From: Candidatus Thorarchaeota archaeon
Lineage (GTDB): Archaea > Asgardarchaeota > Heimdallarchaeia > Hodarchaeales > Hodarchaeaceae
Direction: 5' to 3'
Assembly: GCA_048882505.1 (NCBI GenBank)
Contig: JBHLRO010000002.1
Span: 150,001 to 182,000, forward strand
DNA length: 32,000 nt
This document shows positions 6,727-15,102 of this stretch, in pieces. Within the stretch, counting starts at the first letter, position 1. Every line of letters starts with the position of its first letter. The notes beneath the pieces were generated by a model that made no database searches, was not told the origin of the DNA, and worked only from the letters and a program-made list of their open reading frames with translations. The translations under genes and the position numbers were made by a program.

Positions 6727-9030
6727 TTGGTGTTCCATTTGGCCGGTTTGAAGTCATCCTCTGATGCAATGAAAGAAGTTGTTGAATTACTCGGATTATC
6801 CGAGGATCAAACAAAGATTTACTTTTCTGTACTCTCGCTAGGTGCGGCTACGCTAGGCCAGATCAGCTTACTATCTGGACTTGATTATCTAAAAACTCAG
6901 GAGGCGCTTGAGCTATTGGTGGGGAGTAGCCTGGTGAGACGGATTCCTGGCAAAGTAGGACGATACGTTGCGTTGACCCCATTTTTAAAAGCTTTTTTAC
7001 TTACCTACGATCCCATTACACTGGTGAGTATAAGAAAGGAATCAGCAACTGAGCTTAAAGCTCAAGTGAATCAAATCACGGAACACATGACAAAAGAAAT
7101 CGAAGTGGTAGGCCAAAATACCGATCAATTGGAAAAGGATTTTTTAAAAGGCCTAGAACCTGTTTTGAGTAATTTCGGATCAATTATTGATTCCACGCGC
7201 GGGCTCCTAAATACTACGGAACAACAAATCCGTGCAAGTGCCCAGAAACTTCAATTCACCAGCAATCAACTAGCTTTACGATCACAAAAATTTACTGATG
7301 AGGTGAAAAGGGCCAATATCGAAAAAATAAACCACGTCCCAGAATTGTTTCATCCTTTCATTCCTAAAGTTGATGATGCTCTAAAGACAAGGATCCTTGT
7401 TATTGACCAGGAACTTGATAGGATAATATCAGCTCAAAAGGCCGATCTACAAAATTTACAGACCGACCTTTCAATCAAACTGGGAAAAACATCGGATGAT
7501 ATTGTCAATTTACTCCAAAAAATTGAAGATGACAATAAATCCGAGAAGGAAGGCATACACAAAAAGGCGATAGAAACAACAATATATCTCAATGTTTTAA
7601 AGGAAAATGCAACCAATAATAAGACACACTTCAAAGATATCCGAGATGGCTATAAGAATATCGATACAACGGTCACGGAGTTCTTTAAAGAGCTTGACAC
7701 CAAGCTTATGAAAATGGAGCCTTTGATAGCGAGCGTTTTGGCAGATATACAGAACAGAAAGATGTTTCGGGGGAGAGACGAATTTCTCGATATTTTGACT
7801 AACATCGAAAATACCCGATTATCAATCCAAACAGATCTTAGAGACAATTCCGAACTTTCAGAAAAGATTGATGGCCTTAATCGATTATTAGAAGAGATTG
7901 AGATGAAGATTTTGGATGCCACGGAAAAAGGGCTTACGCAGGTTGAAACCATTCTAACAGAAGAAAGTCAGCTTTTTTCTCGGAAGCTTCAAAAAATGTC
8001 GGTTGAATTGTGTTCAAAGAATCGCCCTAAAATACAAGAAATTTTTGAACAGACTCAGAGGAGTTTAATAACACAGTTAAGGGAAATCGAACAGGTATTG
8101 GATACTAAACATGATTTATTCCTGACCACGCTTCAAGATAAAACCCATAATTTCTCGCAAGAATTAAACACTCTAATAGGCACATTTACAGGTGACTTTC
8201 GAAAGCAGATTGAGAGCCATTTTGAGAAGAGTGGGATATTCGACTCTAAAACCACTGAATTAGGGTGGAGTATTCAGGAACTCGACAATATCACATTCCG
8301 TCAACTTCCTGAGCTTACTAGAGCGTTTTCAGATGTTGATAGCCTTCAGGAATCTTTTGACCGTTATATTTTGGGCTTTGACGCCATATTTTCTCATTTT
8401 ACAGAGAATCAAGTTAATTTTTTTGCTGAGGCACTTGATAAAACCAAAAAATCTCTTGGTTCTCACATCAAAAGGATCGAAAATCAATTAGAGCAAGAAA
8501 TTTCAGCACTTACATTTAGCATACGACAAATGAAGCAAAAGCTAAGCAAAATAATTCAAACCTCCCAATTGACAGATATTTCGGGTATTGATCCCACACT
8601 TCTAAGCACAGATTTGGTCGTAGGAGAGCCCGTCATCATTATGCTTTTACGGGATCTTACTGTTCGTGCAAAAGCGTCTCTTACTATATTGATGCCTAGG
8701 CCCGAGCTTCAGACCCTTATACAAGCTTCAAAGTTACCCTATCGAACGCGAGTGTCAATCATTGGTGATTTTCAAAAAGTGCCACGGTCGACACTGAAGA
8801 AGATTCTGGCGGCTGGAAATACCCGTTTAAAACAACTAGATGGTGTCGATTATTGGGCCTGTATTCGAGATGCTGAGGAAATGCTCATCTGTCCTGAGCC
8901 CAAAGATCCCACGAACGAAGAACTGATAGGAGTGATTTCCACAAATCAAAATTTAGTGGACCTGTTTTCACAGGAAGTGATAACGTATACTACGCGTTCC
9001 CGCGAGATATTGATCCAGGATATTGAATGA
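6727..9030 (+). CDS. TrmB-family winged-HTH protein with a ~520-aa helical/coiled-coil insert and a C-terminal TrmB/PLD-like domain
   Basis: LGLSEDQTKIYFSVLSLGAATLGQISLLSGL...ALELLVGSSLVRRIPGKVGRYVALTP is TrmB HTH-like. A long E/K/Q/L-rich helical middle follows, then RAKASLTILMP...RVSII...WACIRDAEEMLI...GVISTNQNLVDLF. Start uncertain (TTG 6727 or a later ATG). Confidence 0.8.
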   Translation: MVFHLAGLKSSSDAMKEVVELLGLSEDQTKIYFSVLSLGAATLGQISLLSGLDYLKTQEALELLVGSSLVRRIPGKVGRYVALTPFLKAFLLTYDPITLVSIRKESATELKAQVNQITEHMTKEIEVVGQNTDQLEKDFLKGLEPVLSNFGSIIDSTRGLLNTTEQQIRASAQKLQFTSNQLALRSQKFTDEVKRANIEKINHVPELFHPFIPKVDDALKTRILVIDQELDRIISAQKADLQNLQTDLSIKLGKTSDDIVNLLQKIEDDNKSEKEGIHKKAIETTIYLNVLKENATNNKTHFKDIRDGYKNIDTTVTEFFKELDTKLMKMEPLIASVLADIQNRKMFRGRDEFLDILTNIENTRLSIQTDLRDNSELSEKIDGLNRLLEEIEMKILDATEKGLTQVETILTEESQLFSRKLQKMSVELCSKNRPKIQEIFEQTQRSLITQLREIEQVLDTKHDLFLTTLQDKTHNFSQELNTLIGTFTGDFRKQIESHFEKSGIFDSKTTELGWSIQELDNITFRQLPELTRAFSDVDSLQESFDRYILGFDAIFSHFTENQVNFFAEALDKTKKSLGSHIKRIENQLEQEISALTFSIRQMKQKLSKIIQTSQLTDISGIDPTLLSTDLVVGEPVIIMLLRDLTVRAKASLTILMPRPELQTLIQASKLPYRTRVSIIGDFQKVPRSTLKKILAAGNTRLKQLDGVDYWACIRDAEEMLICPEPKDPTNEELIGVISTNQNLVDLFSQEVITYTTRSREILIQDIE

Positions 9031-9038
9031 TTGGCCAA

Positions 9039-9791
9039 TTATTTTATCTGCCTTAGGATATCGCTTATCTCATCTACACTGACTCTTTTGGTATTTAAAA
9101 CCTGAATAGCCCCGTTCTTAGCAGTGAATTCAACATTTCCTTGTGTGTATTCAACGGTATACTTTTCGCCTGTTCTTGAAAGGAAGACATCCCCTAATTT
9201 GTTTAGTGCAACTACAAAACGGCCGACCAATTTTTCCTCGGCACTAAGCCCATATTCAGTTTCAATCGGAGCAATAGCTTCTGGGGTTGTCTCCAATGAG
9301 GACACTCGATCGTCATGAGTATCGTGAGTCAAAAAGGAAGGAACATACTCGAGAGCTGGTTTAGGTGTTTTTTTTGAATAGGTTTCGAGTCCAGTTTCCT
9401 GTTTGGATTCTAGATCGCGATGGCCAGCTCGAGTCTCCAAATCAGGTTCGATATATGCTTCAGTTGGACGTTCGTAAGAATAATGGTGTCCTACCTGCAA
9501 GAGGATGTCGGGAACCGTATCATCCTTCGAAAGGTCAACTGCAAAGTTCATTCCAACCCGTATATCAGAATCTGGTAGCCTGAAACCACTCTTGGCTATG
9601 GAGTGTACATGACGTTCAATGATTCTCTTTGATATGATATTGAAATTATCGGGTATATGAACGGTTATCTTTTCTGAGGGTTCATCAATGATCAAATAGG
9701 CTTCATCTTGAGGGGGTCGCCCTTTACCGCTAGAAATCACGAATTCATCAGAACGCCAAATAGCAGTGACCGTTAAACTTCTCGAACTCAT
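9039..9791 (-). CDS. Hypothetical protein with a degenerate gelsolin-like N-terminal domain, acidic linker and small C-terminal alpha/beta domain
   Basis: Residues 29-70 align without gaps to residues 36-77 of the gelsolin protein at 2955-3905. Confidence 0.55.
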   Translation of the reverse strand: MSSRSLTVTAIWRSDEFVISSGKGRPPQDEAYLIIDEPSEKITVHIPDNFNIISKRIIERHVHSIAKSGFRLPDSDIRVGMNFAVDLSKDDTVPDILLQVGHHYSYERPTEAYIEPDLETRAGHRDLESKQETGLETYSKKTPKPALEYVPSFLTHDTHDDRVSSLETTPEAIAPIETEYGLSAEEKLVGRFVVALNKLGDVFLSRTGEKYTVEYTQGNVEFTAKNGAIQVLNTKRVSVDEISDILRQIK

Positions 9792-9805
9792 AACTTAGAT
9801 TCACC

Positions 9806-10699
9806 TTATTCTTCATCCTCGTCTCGCAAAATCTTCAAGGCTTCTCGTAGTGATAGGGAGAGCATGTCATCTTCTCCCTGGTCTGTACCTGCTTCATCCT
9901 TGGCAAGAAGCATATCTGTTAGCGATGAGGCGGCAGGTTCTGGAGAGGGAGGGGTAGTCGGTTGATCCATTCCACTCGACCTTAATGCTTCATCAAGAGC
10001 TTGTAATTGCTTTGGAGGTGTTGCTACAGACTCGGGAGTTCTTGGAGTAACAGGCGTAACTGGTTTGGACGAAGGAGTAGGTGGGGAAGGAGTCACGGTG
10101 GGAGTGGGAGACGGAGTCGTCGGTATGGGGGTAGATGGAGTCGGTGTCGGAGTGGGAGACGGAGTCGTCGGTATGGGGGTAGATGGAGTCGGTGTCGGAG
10201 TGGGAAACGGAGTCGTCGGTATGGGGGTAGGCGGAGTCGGTGTCGGTGTGGAAGTAGTAAGTATTTCCTCCAAAGGGGAGACAGGCGCCGATACTGGTTG
10301 TGTTGCAGGTCCAGATTTGAGTATTTCCTCTAAAGGGGATATCGGGGTTTCTTCTGGCATAATTTTTGCGGATAGACTGGATTGAGTGCTGGTTAGAAAC
10401 TGCTGAAACTTGGTTGCATCTTGTAGCGATTGCCATTGCTTTTGCGCCAATCTGGCCGTATCACGGACTCCTTTCCAGTAGTCCGCAGGTTTACCTTCTT
10501 GATCAGCAACAGGAATGTCCATACCTAAAGTTTGGGCTAACGAAGAACTTATTCGAGCATTAGCTTTTGATTCAATTTGAGCGATAAAATTAACGAGTGA
10601 ATTAACATTCTGGCTTGCTGTTAGATGGGCCAAGAGTTGCTGTACCAATTCTAATGTTTCAATAGCAGATTTTATGTAGGCTGTTGCTGGAGTACTCAT
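9806..10699 (-). CDS. Hypothetical protein: helical N-terminal domain (DYWKGVRDTARL), Pro/Thr tandem-repeat linker, acidic helical C-terminus
   Basis: 297-aa ORF with ATG start, 14 bp upstream of the next same-strand gene; complex non-repetitive termini flank the repeat. Confidence 0.8.
   Translation of the reverse strand: MSTPATAYIKSAIETLELVQQLLAHLTASQNVNSLVNFIAQIESKANARISSSLAQTLGMDIPVADQEGKPADYWKGVRDTARLAQKQWQSLQDATKFQQFLTSTQSSLSAKIMPEETPISPLEEILKSGPATQPVSAPVSPLEEILTTSTPTPTPPTPIPTTPFPTPTPTPSTPIPTTPSPTPTPTPSTPIPTTPSPTPTVTPSPPTPSSKPVTPVTPRTPESVATPPKQLQALDEALRSSGMDQPTTPPSPEPAASSLTDMLLAKDEAGTDQGEDDMLSLSLREALKILRDEDEE
10101..10244. repeat. 3 x 48-bp in-frame tandem repeat encoding TPTPSTPIPTTPSPTP-type 16-mers
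   Basis: Unit ggagtgggagacggagtcgtcggtatgggggtagatggagtcggtgtc starts at 10101, 10149 and 10197. Copies 1 and 2 are identical; copy 3 has 3 mismatches. Confidence 0.95.
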
Positions 10700-10970
10700 T
10701 GTTTCAACTAACCTGTTTAATAATTATGATGATCATACCTCTTTTTATTGAACTCCCAAGTTATTTGGACGCTTTCAATAGATTAGGTTACTTACTACGA
10801 GTCCTGAATAATGGTTCCTAGAGCAGTATAATAATCCATACCTTATGGGTTGCTGCTCATCTTAACCTGTGTTGTTATGTAATTTATTATATCTTAACTC
10901 TTTCGAAACTCTGGTAGGTTTTTAACTGAGTAATTATTAAAATATCACTCTTTCCTGCCTCTTCTGCGCA

Positions 10971-11678
10971 TCAACGATCGTCTACATAGTCCTTCATTTC
11001 AGTAAAATCGCGTGCATCAATCCTGTCTGGGAGATCATTTCCCCACGAACAACGAAGGTCGATTTGAATGTCGGTTTGAACTCCGTAGATCGGAATTTCT
11101 CCTAAATTCCTCATTCTCGAAATCAACGCGATACAGGCCACCTCCCCGACCTCTACGTTGTACTTTTCCGCGACTTCCAAGGTATACGTGACTACGGCTT
11201 CGAGAGACGCCCCCGTTGAGACTATGTCTTCAATGAAGAGAATTGATACGTTATCGTCCATAAAGTCGGCGAACTTCTCTTCAAATGCAGGATCTTGGTA
11301 CTCTTCATAGATGCTCTCATCCTCGAACTCCCGAACGTCCTCTGTTCTGGGTTTGAAGTAGGTCCACACAAAATCATCGATCTTATTCTCAATAAGATCG
11401 ATCAATTGAAAACCACCCCGTGAAACATAAACGACCGCCCAGCGTTTTTTTTCAAATTTCGGGTACAGAAGAGACCAATCTCTTTCAGCCCAATCACTTA
11501 AAGTGTGAAAGGGTAAAATCTGAGCTTCATCTGGTGGATAGGGCCCAGAATCATAAATGTAGAGCATAAGAGCATTTTCGAGGTCATCCAAAAGTTCTGT
11601 ATAAGCCTTCTTAGCGGTAGGATCTTTTTTTAGAATCTCTGGAATCTCTGACTCTTTCATACTTAGGAAAAAAACCAT
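10971..11678 (-). CDS. Type I phosphoribosyltransferase-fold protein, very acidic
   Basis: VVYVSRGGFQL (PPi loop) and ILFIEDIVSTGASL (PRPP-binding loop); alternative ATG at 11660. Confidence 0.8.
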   Translation of the reverse strand: MVFFLSMKESEIPEILKKDPTAKKAYTELLDDLENALMLYIYDSGPYPPDEAQILPFHTLSDWAERDWSLLYPKFEKKRWAVVYVSRGGFQLIDLIENKIDDFVWTYFKPRTEDVREFEDESIYEEYQDPAFEEKFADFMDDNVSILFIEDIVSTGASLEAVVTYTLEVAEKYNVEVGEVACIALISRMRNLGEIPIYGVQTDIQIDLRCSWGNDLPDRIDARDFTEMKDYVDDR

Positions 11679-11768
11679 TTCCTGGTCACATCACCGATTC
11701 TCACTAATCTCCAGAGAGAAAACGTTTTTTTTATAGCATTTCGTTCTCTTTCCGCTGCTTTTGATTTA

Positions 11769-12023
11769 TTGGATGCCATTTTTAAGGGTGTGCTAATCCG
11801 TAATTTGGGCTTTAAGAGGACATGTCGTGAGAATAAAGTCACTCTCTGGAAGACATTCCCTCGTAGAGAAGACTTACATAAGGTCGCGGCAATAATAAAG
11901 AAATTTGGTTTCTGGGTATTTGAGAAAATGATACAACCGTCTTCACAAAGTACCCCCGAAATATTTCACCACGTATTTAAGGTGCGATATGTCTCCAAAT
12001 CAAGGAGGCATTTTGTACCGTAA
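11769..12023 (+). CDS. Possible small basic hypothetical protein (84 aa)
   Basis: Fills an otherwise empty gap and has an amphipathic-looking segment (EDLHKVAAIIKKFGFWVFEK); TTG start, no recognisable family. Confidence 0.35.
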   Translation: MDAIFKGVLIRNLGFKRTCRENKVTLWKTFPRREDLHKVAAIIKKFGFWVFEKMIQPSSQSTPEIFHHVFKVRYVSKSRRHFVP

Positions 12024-12061
12024 TTACCGTAATCAACAGTTGTCAAAGGAGAACGGAAACG

Positions 12062-13411
12062 ATGTCATTCGTCAATGAGCTATTTGATCGTTTGAAAAAA
12101 TCTACTACAGCGAATGAGGTTCAAGCAGCGTTAGCAGCCTTGGAAGGAATTCAGGATCCTAACAGCCGCAGTCGGGCGGCCCAAGAGACTGTGGATCTGA
12201 TTTCAAAGTATGGCAGAGAGCTTTCAGAACGCGGGCAATACAAAAATGCTGCTTACCAGTTTTATTCAGGGGCTCAGCTTATCCAGAACTTTCTCACGGA
12301 TCCAGAGGCAGAAAAACAATGGTTACGATCAGCCGCCGCCGCCCTGGCCAAGGCTTCACAGGATCACATCCAATGGGATGATTTACTCGGTGGGGCAGCT
12401 TGTATGACCATTTCCTCATTATTAAGGCTACAAACAGGGGATTGGAATGTTTCTCAACATTTAGATGCCTTCGTTAAAGGCCATGACTTTTCTTCAGATC
12501 AGGCCGCCACAGCATGTCTTTATATTCCCTATGATTTAGCGGGGGCCGTAAATCCTGAGAATCCGAACCCAAGTCTTTTACAGCGGGCATCAGGATATAC
12601 CGAAAACTATCTTTTACAAACAAAACCCGCGATCATGTTTTCAGAAGGAATTAAACAAGCAATTGAGGTTACTCGTCAGAAGTTGATTGATGTAGTTAAG
12701 TTTCCTTCAATTCGAGCACAATTCGAGTTTGATCACGATGTTATCTTTGGAGAGGAGTTTAAATTCCTGGTCAAATTGGAGAATGTAGGAGACGGTATTG
12801 CGACAAACGTATCTGCACACCTTTCGATCCCTCAAAAAGTAACTGTTGTTGCTGGGGTCGAGACTATATCGGTTGGGCAGCTCAATCCTGGGGCCAATAG
12901 TCAGGCTGAATTTACATTGCTTTGTTCCTCGGGTGAAGGACAGGCCGAAATTGCATTAGAGGTTCCCATTACCGTTGTCTATGAAGATATTTTATTGAAC
13001 AAGAATTCTCTTTCACTGGGAGCTGCCATGATCTCTATTCGATCAGAAAAGCAAGCCCAAAGACTTTTTTCCCAATTTAACCCGTTAAAAACGGGCATTA
13101 TGGAAAAAACAGCTCCTCTCAGAACCGCCATAACTCCGGATGTCCATCCGATTGTAGGTAGCCTTGATGCCATCATAGAGAATATTGTATCGAGTACCGA
13201 GGCTGATATTATAAATGGTGATTTCGTAGCGGCCTCTTTGGGTATAAATCAATTGGAGAAGATAGAGAGTTTCATAGAACCGTTGGTCTCATTTCTGCAG
13301 ACCTATGATGGACAAGTCCAAACGCTGCTGAATAGTTTCAAAGAGCTTGATGAGACTACATCGAGCTTGGTTCAGTCTTTAGAGAATGCGGAAAAACTGT
13401 TAGACGATTAA
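12062..13411 (+). CDS. Hypothetical protein: TPR/SNAP-like helical repeats + CARDB/COG1361-like Ig domain + C-terminal helical bundle
   Basis: YGRELSERGQYKNAAYQFYSGAQL is TPR/SNAP-like. VIFGEEFKFLVKLENVGDGIATNVSAHLSIP...VGQLNPGANSQAEFTL...ITVVYED is a classic Ig/CARDB pattern. No signal peptide or TM segment. GGAG lies upstream of the ATG. Confidence 0.75.
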   Translation: MSFVNELFDRLKKSTTANEVQAALAALEGIQDPNSRSRAAQETVDLISKYGRELSERGQYKNAAYQFYSGAQLIQNFLTDPEAEKQWLRSAAAALAKASQDHIQWDDLLGGAACMTISSLLRLQTGDWNVSQHLDAFVKGHDFSSDQAATACLYIPYDLAGAVNPENPNPSLLQRASGYTENYLLQTKPAIMFSEGIKQAIEVTRQKLIDVVKFPSIRAQFEFDHDVIFGEEFKFLVKLENVGDGIATNVSAHLSIPQKVTVVAGVETISVGQLNPGANSQAEFTLLCSSGEGQAEIALEVPITVVYEDILLNKNSLSLGAAMISIRSEKQAQRLFSQFNPLKTGIMEKTAPLRTAITPDVHPIVGSLDAIIENIVSSTEADIINGDFVAASLGINQLEKIESFIEPLVSFLQTYDGQVQTLLNSFKELDETTSSLVQSLENAEKLLDD

Positions 13412-13442
13412 AACCAGCGCTCCCAATATTCAGAAGTACTAC

Positions 13443-14693
13443 TCACATGGTGAGTCCTGCTAAAAGGCTTGCCACTGTTCGAGGGATGAGATCCACCCCT
13501 TTTAAAAGCACTCGGGGCGTAAAAGCGTATTTTAGTAGGCCGCCACCATGTAAATCGATGTTAGTAGTTCTGAGGCTATTCCCTAAATCTGTCTTTCCTG
13601 CAATCTCAATAATTTGGTCCCACGATTTATCGGACAGTGGAGTCATCATCCGACGTAGGAGTTTCATCAGTGTTAATTCAGGTTCAAAATAAGCTTGCCA
13701 TTTCTTTTGGTATTCTCTACATCCATGGTTTAGGGATATCTCCCCAGTAACAATTTTTTTTGCCATCAATCCAGCTAGGAGACCTGAGTACCCTCCAATG
13801 TTTACTCCCCCGCCTGTTGTCGCTTTAACTTGACCAGCCGCGTCTCCAACGACCATGAGTCCGCTAGAATAGGTTTTTTTGATGGGACCTGTTGCTGATA
13901 CCATCCCTCCGTAAGTTTTCTTGATCTTGCCCTTTTTTAGACGCGGATGTATAGATGGATGTTTTTTCAAAAAATATTTCATATGAGCTCGAGTATATCC
14001 TTTCGTCCAAGGTGCAGTCGCAACGCCAAGACGAGCTTCAGTCTCTCGGATTGGAATTAGCCAAGCAAAAAAACCAGGGGCATATGCTCGTCCAAAATAC
14101 AGCTCTACCGCGTCGGAATCTAGATCAAGTACACGCTCGAATTCGTACTGTACTGCAGAAAAGACCCAGCGAGGATTTGGCGGCTTTAAACCAACGGAAC
14201 GTGTGAGCTTAGCTCGTACTCCTTCTGCCAAAATCAATATTTTACTGCTAAAAGTTACTGTCCCCTCACTAGTCTTAACGCCAATCTTCCAGTGTGATCC
14301 ATCGAATCTAATTCTTTGAACTCGGTGTCGAAGAAAATAATTGCATCCCACGGATTGGGCACGCTGCGCAAAATAGCGGTCTACCGCAATCCGATCAAAT
14401 ACCCCCATTGAATCTGAGCCTCGGTAAATCTCTGCTGTATTATTATTTGGACTAACGATTTTGGCCTTGACTATCGGATTATAACCTAATTCTCGTGTAA
14501 TTTCGTGAGGACTTAATCCCAGATTGCGAAATCCCTTAAGAGAAAATAGGCCTGAGCAATGAGGAGGGCGTCCGATCTCTTTATGTCCTTCAAACACTGA
14601 AACTGAGATGTCAGGATTCTTATGCATGATTTTCCAAGCTGCAAGTGAACCAGCAGGTCCAGCTCCAACAATTGCCACATCGCTAGATATCAT
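13443..14693 (-). CDS. Geranylgeranyl reductase-family FAD-dependent oxidoreductase (digeranylgeranylglycerophospholipid reductase-like)
   Basis: DVAIVGAGPAGSLAA, PPHCSG, FDR..VDRY.A, YFG..YAPGFFAWLIP, VVGDAAGQVKATTGGG. Confidence 0.9.
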   Translation of the reverse strand: MISSDVAIVGAGPAGSLAAWKIMHKNPDISVSVFEGHKEIGRPPHCSGLFSLKGFRNLGLSPHEITRELGYNPIVKAKIVSPNNNTAEIYRGSDSMGVFDRIAVDRYFAQRAQSVGCNYFLRHRVQRIRFDGSHWKIGVKTSEGTVTFSSKILILAEGVRAKLTRSVGLKPPNPRWVFSAVQYEFERVLDLDSDAVELYFGRAYAPGFFAWLIPIRETEARLGVATAPWTKGYTRAHMKYFLKKHPSIHPRLKKGKIKKTYGGMVSATGPIKKTYSSGLMVVGDAAGQVKATTGGGVNIGGYSGLLAGLMAKKIVTGEISLNHGCREYQKKWQAYFEPELTLMKLLRRMMTPLSDKSWDQIIEIAGKTDLGNSLRTTNIDLHGGGLLKYAFTPRVLLKGVDLIPRTVASLLAGLTM

Positions 14694-15061
14694 TGTAATT
14701 TCCTAATAACCACTATTGAACAACCAGAATCCCAAGTTGCGATGCCTGGATGGGGATTAATACTATATTATGCAATCTACTATGAAAAATAACCCAAACA
14801 ATGAAATTGAGGTTCAACTTCCGGAGACTTTTTAATTATCGAAACAGAATCTCTGATTACTCGTTTGAGATATCTTAGGTAGCTACTGATTCATCGAGAT
14901 CAGTACATATATGTGAATTTCAATTAATCCGTAATTCAGCTAAACTAGCAGTTTTCCAAAAACATTATTGGTTTGCTTTTTTCGATTTTATCTTGAGAAG
15001 TTGGATATTTTGAGATCGAAGGCTCAATTTCCATTTAATGCTGTTGTGAAAACAGGGGGAC

Positions 15062-15089
15062 GAGAAAAAGAAAGGAAGAATGAATAGAA
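15062..15089 (-). terminator. Pyrimidine/oligo-T tract downstream of the giant pilin gene (archaeal-type terminator candidate)
   Basis: Minus strand reads ttctattcattcttcctttctttttctc within ~40 nt of the stop at 15103. Confidence 0.4.
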
Positions 15090-15102
15090 TTAATCGGTTG
15101 GA

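Noticed and set aside
6527-6814. 95-aa minus ORF in the Rab/TrmB divergent region
   Set aside because: Overlaps the start of the TrmB gene, has no motif and occupies the expected promoter space
9806-9870. C-terminal helix SLSLREALKILRDED as a WH2 actin-binding motif
   Set aside because: Only a loose resemblance; the LKKT/LRRV-type motif and spacing are not convincing, so it is kept only as an untested idea
10101-10244. Tandem repeat as a CRISPR array or non-coding repeat
   Set aside because: Units are head-to-tail with no spacers, are a multiple of 3, lie inside a CDS, and no cas genes are present
9993-10436. Three alternative-frame ORFs over the repeat (HTDDSVSHSDTDSIYP, SRRYGGRW and VGVGDG repeats)
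   Set aside because: The 48-bp stop-free repeat opens several frames; only the 9806-10699 frame has complex flanking domains and operon context
12016-12033. 9-bp tandem duplication TACCGTAAT x2 upstream of the TPR/Ig gene
   Set aside because: Too short to separate from chance or slippage; no dyad symmetry or supporting context
14694-15102. 409-bp gap as a hidden gene or RNA
   Set aside because: The reading frames I checked gave only short ORFs (under ~30 aa) with no SD or motif; no tRNA-like cloverleaf seen
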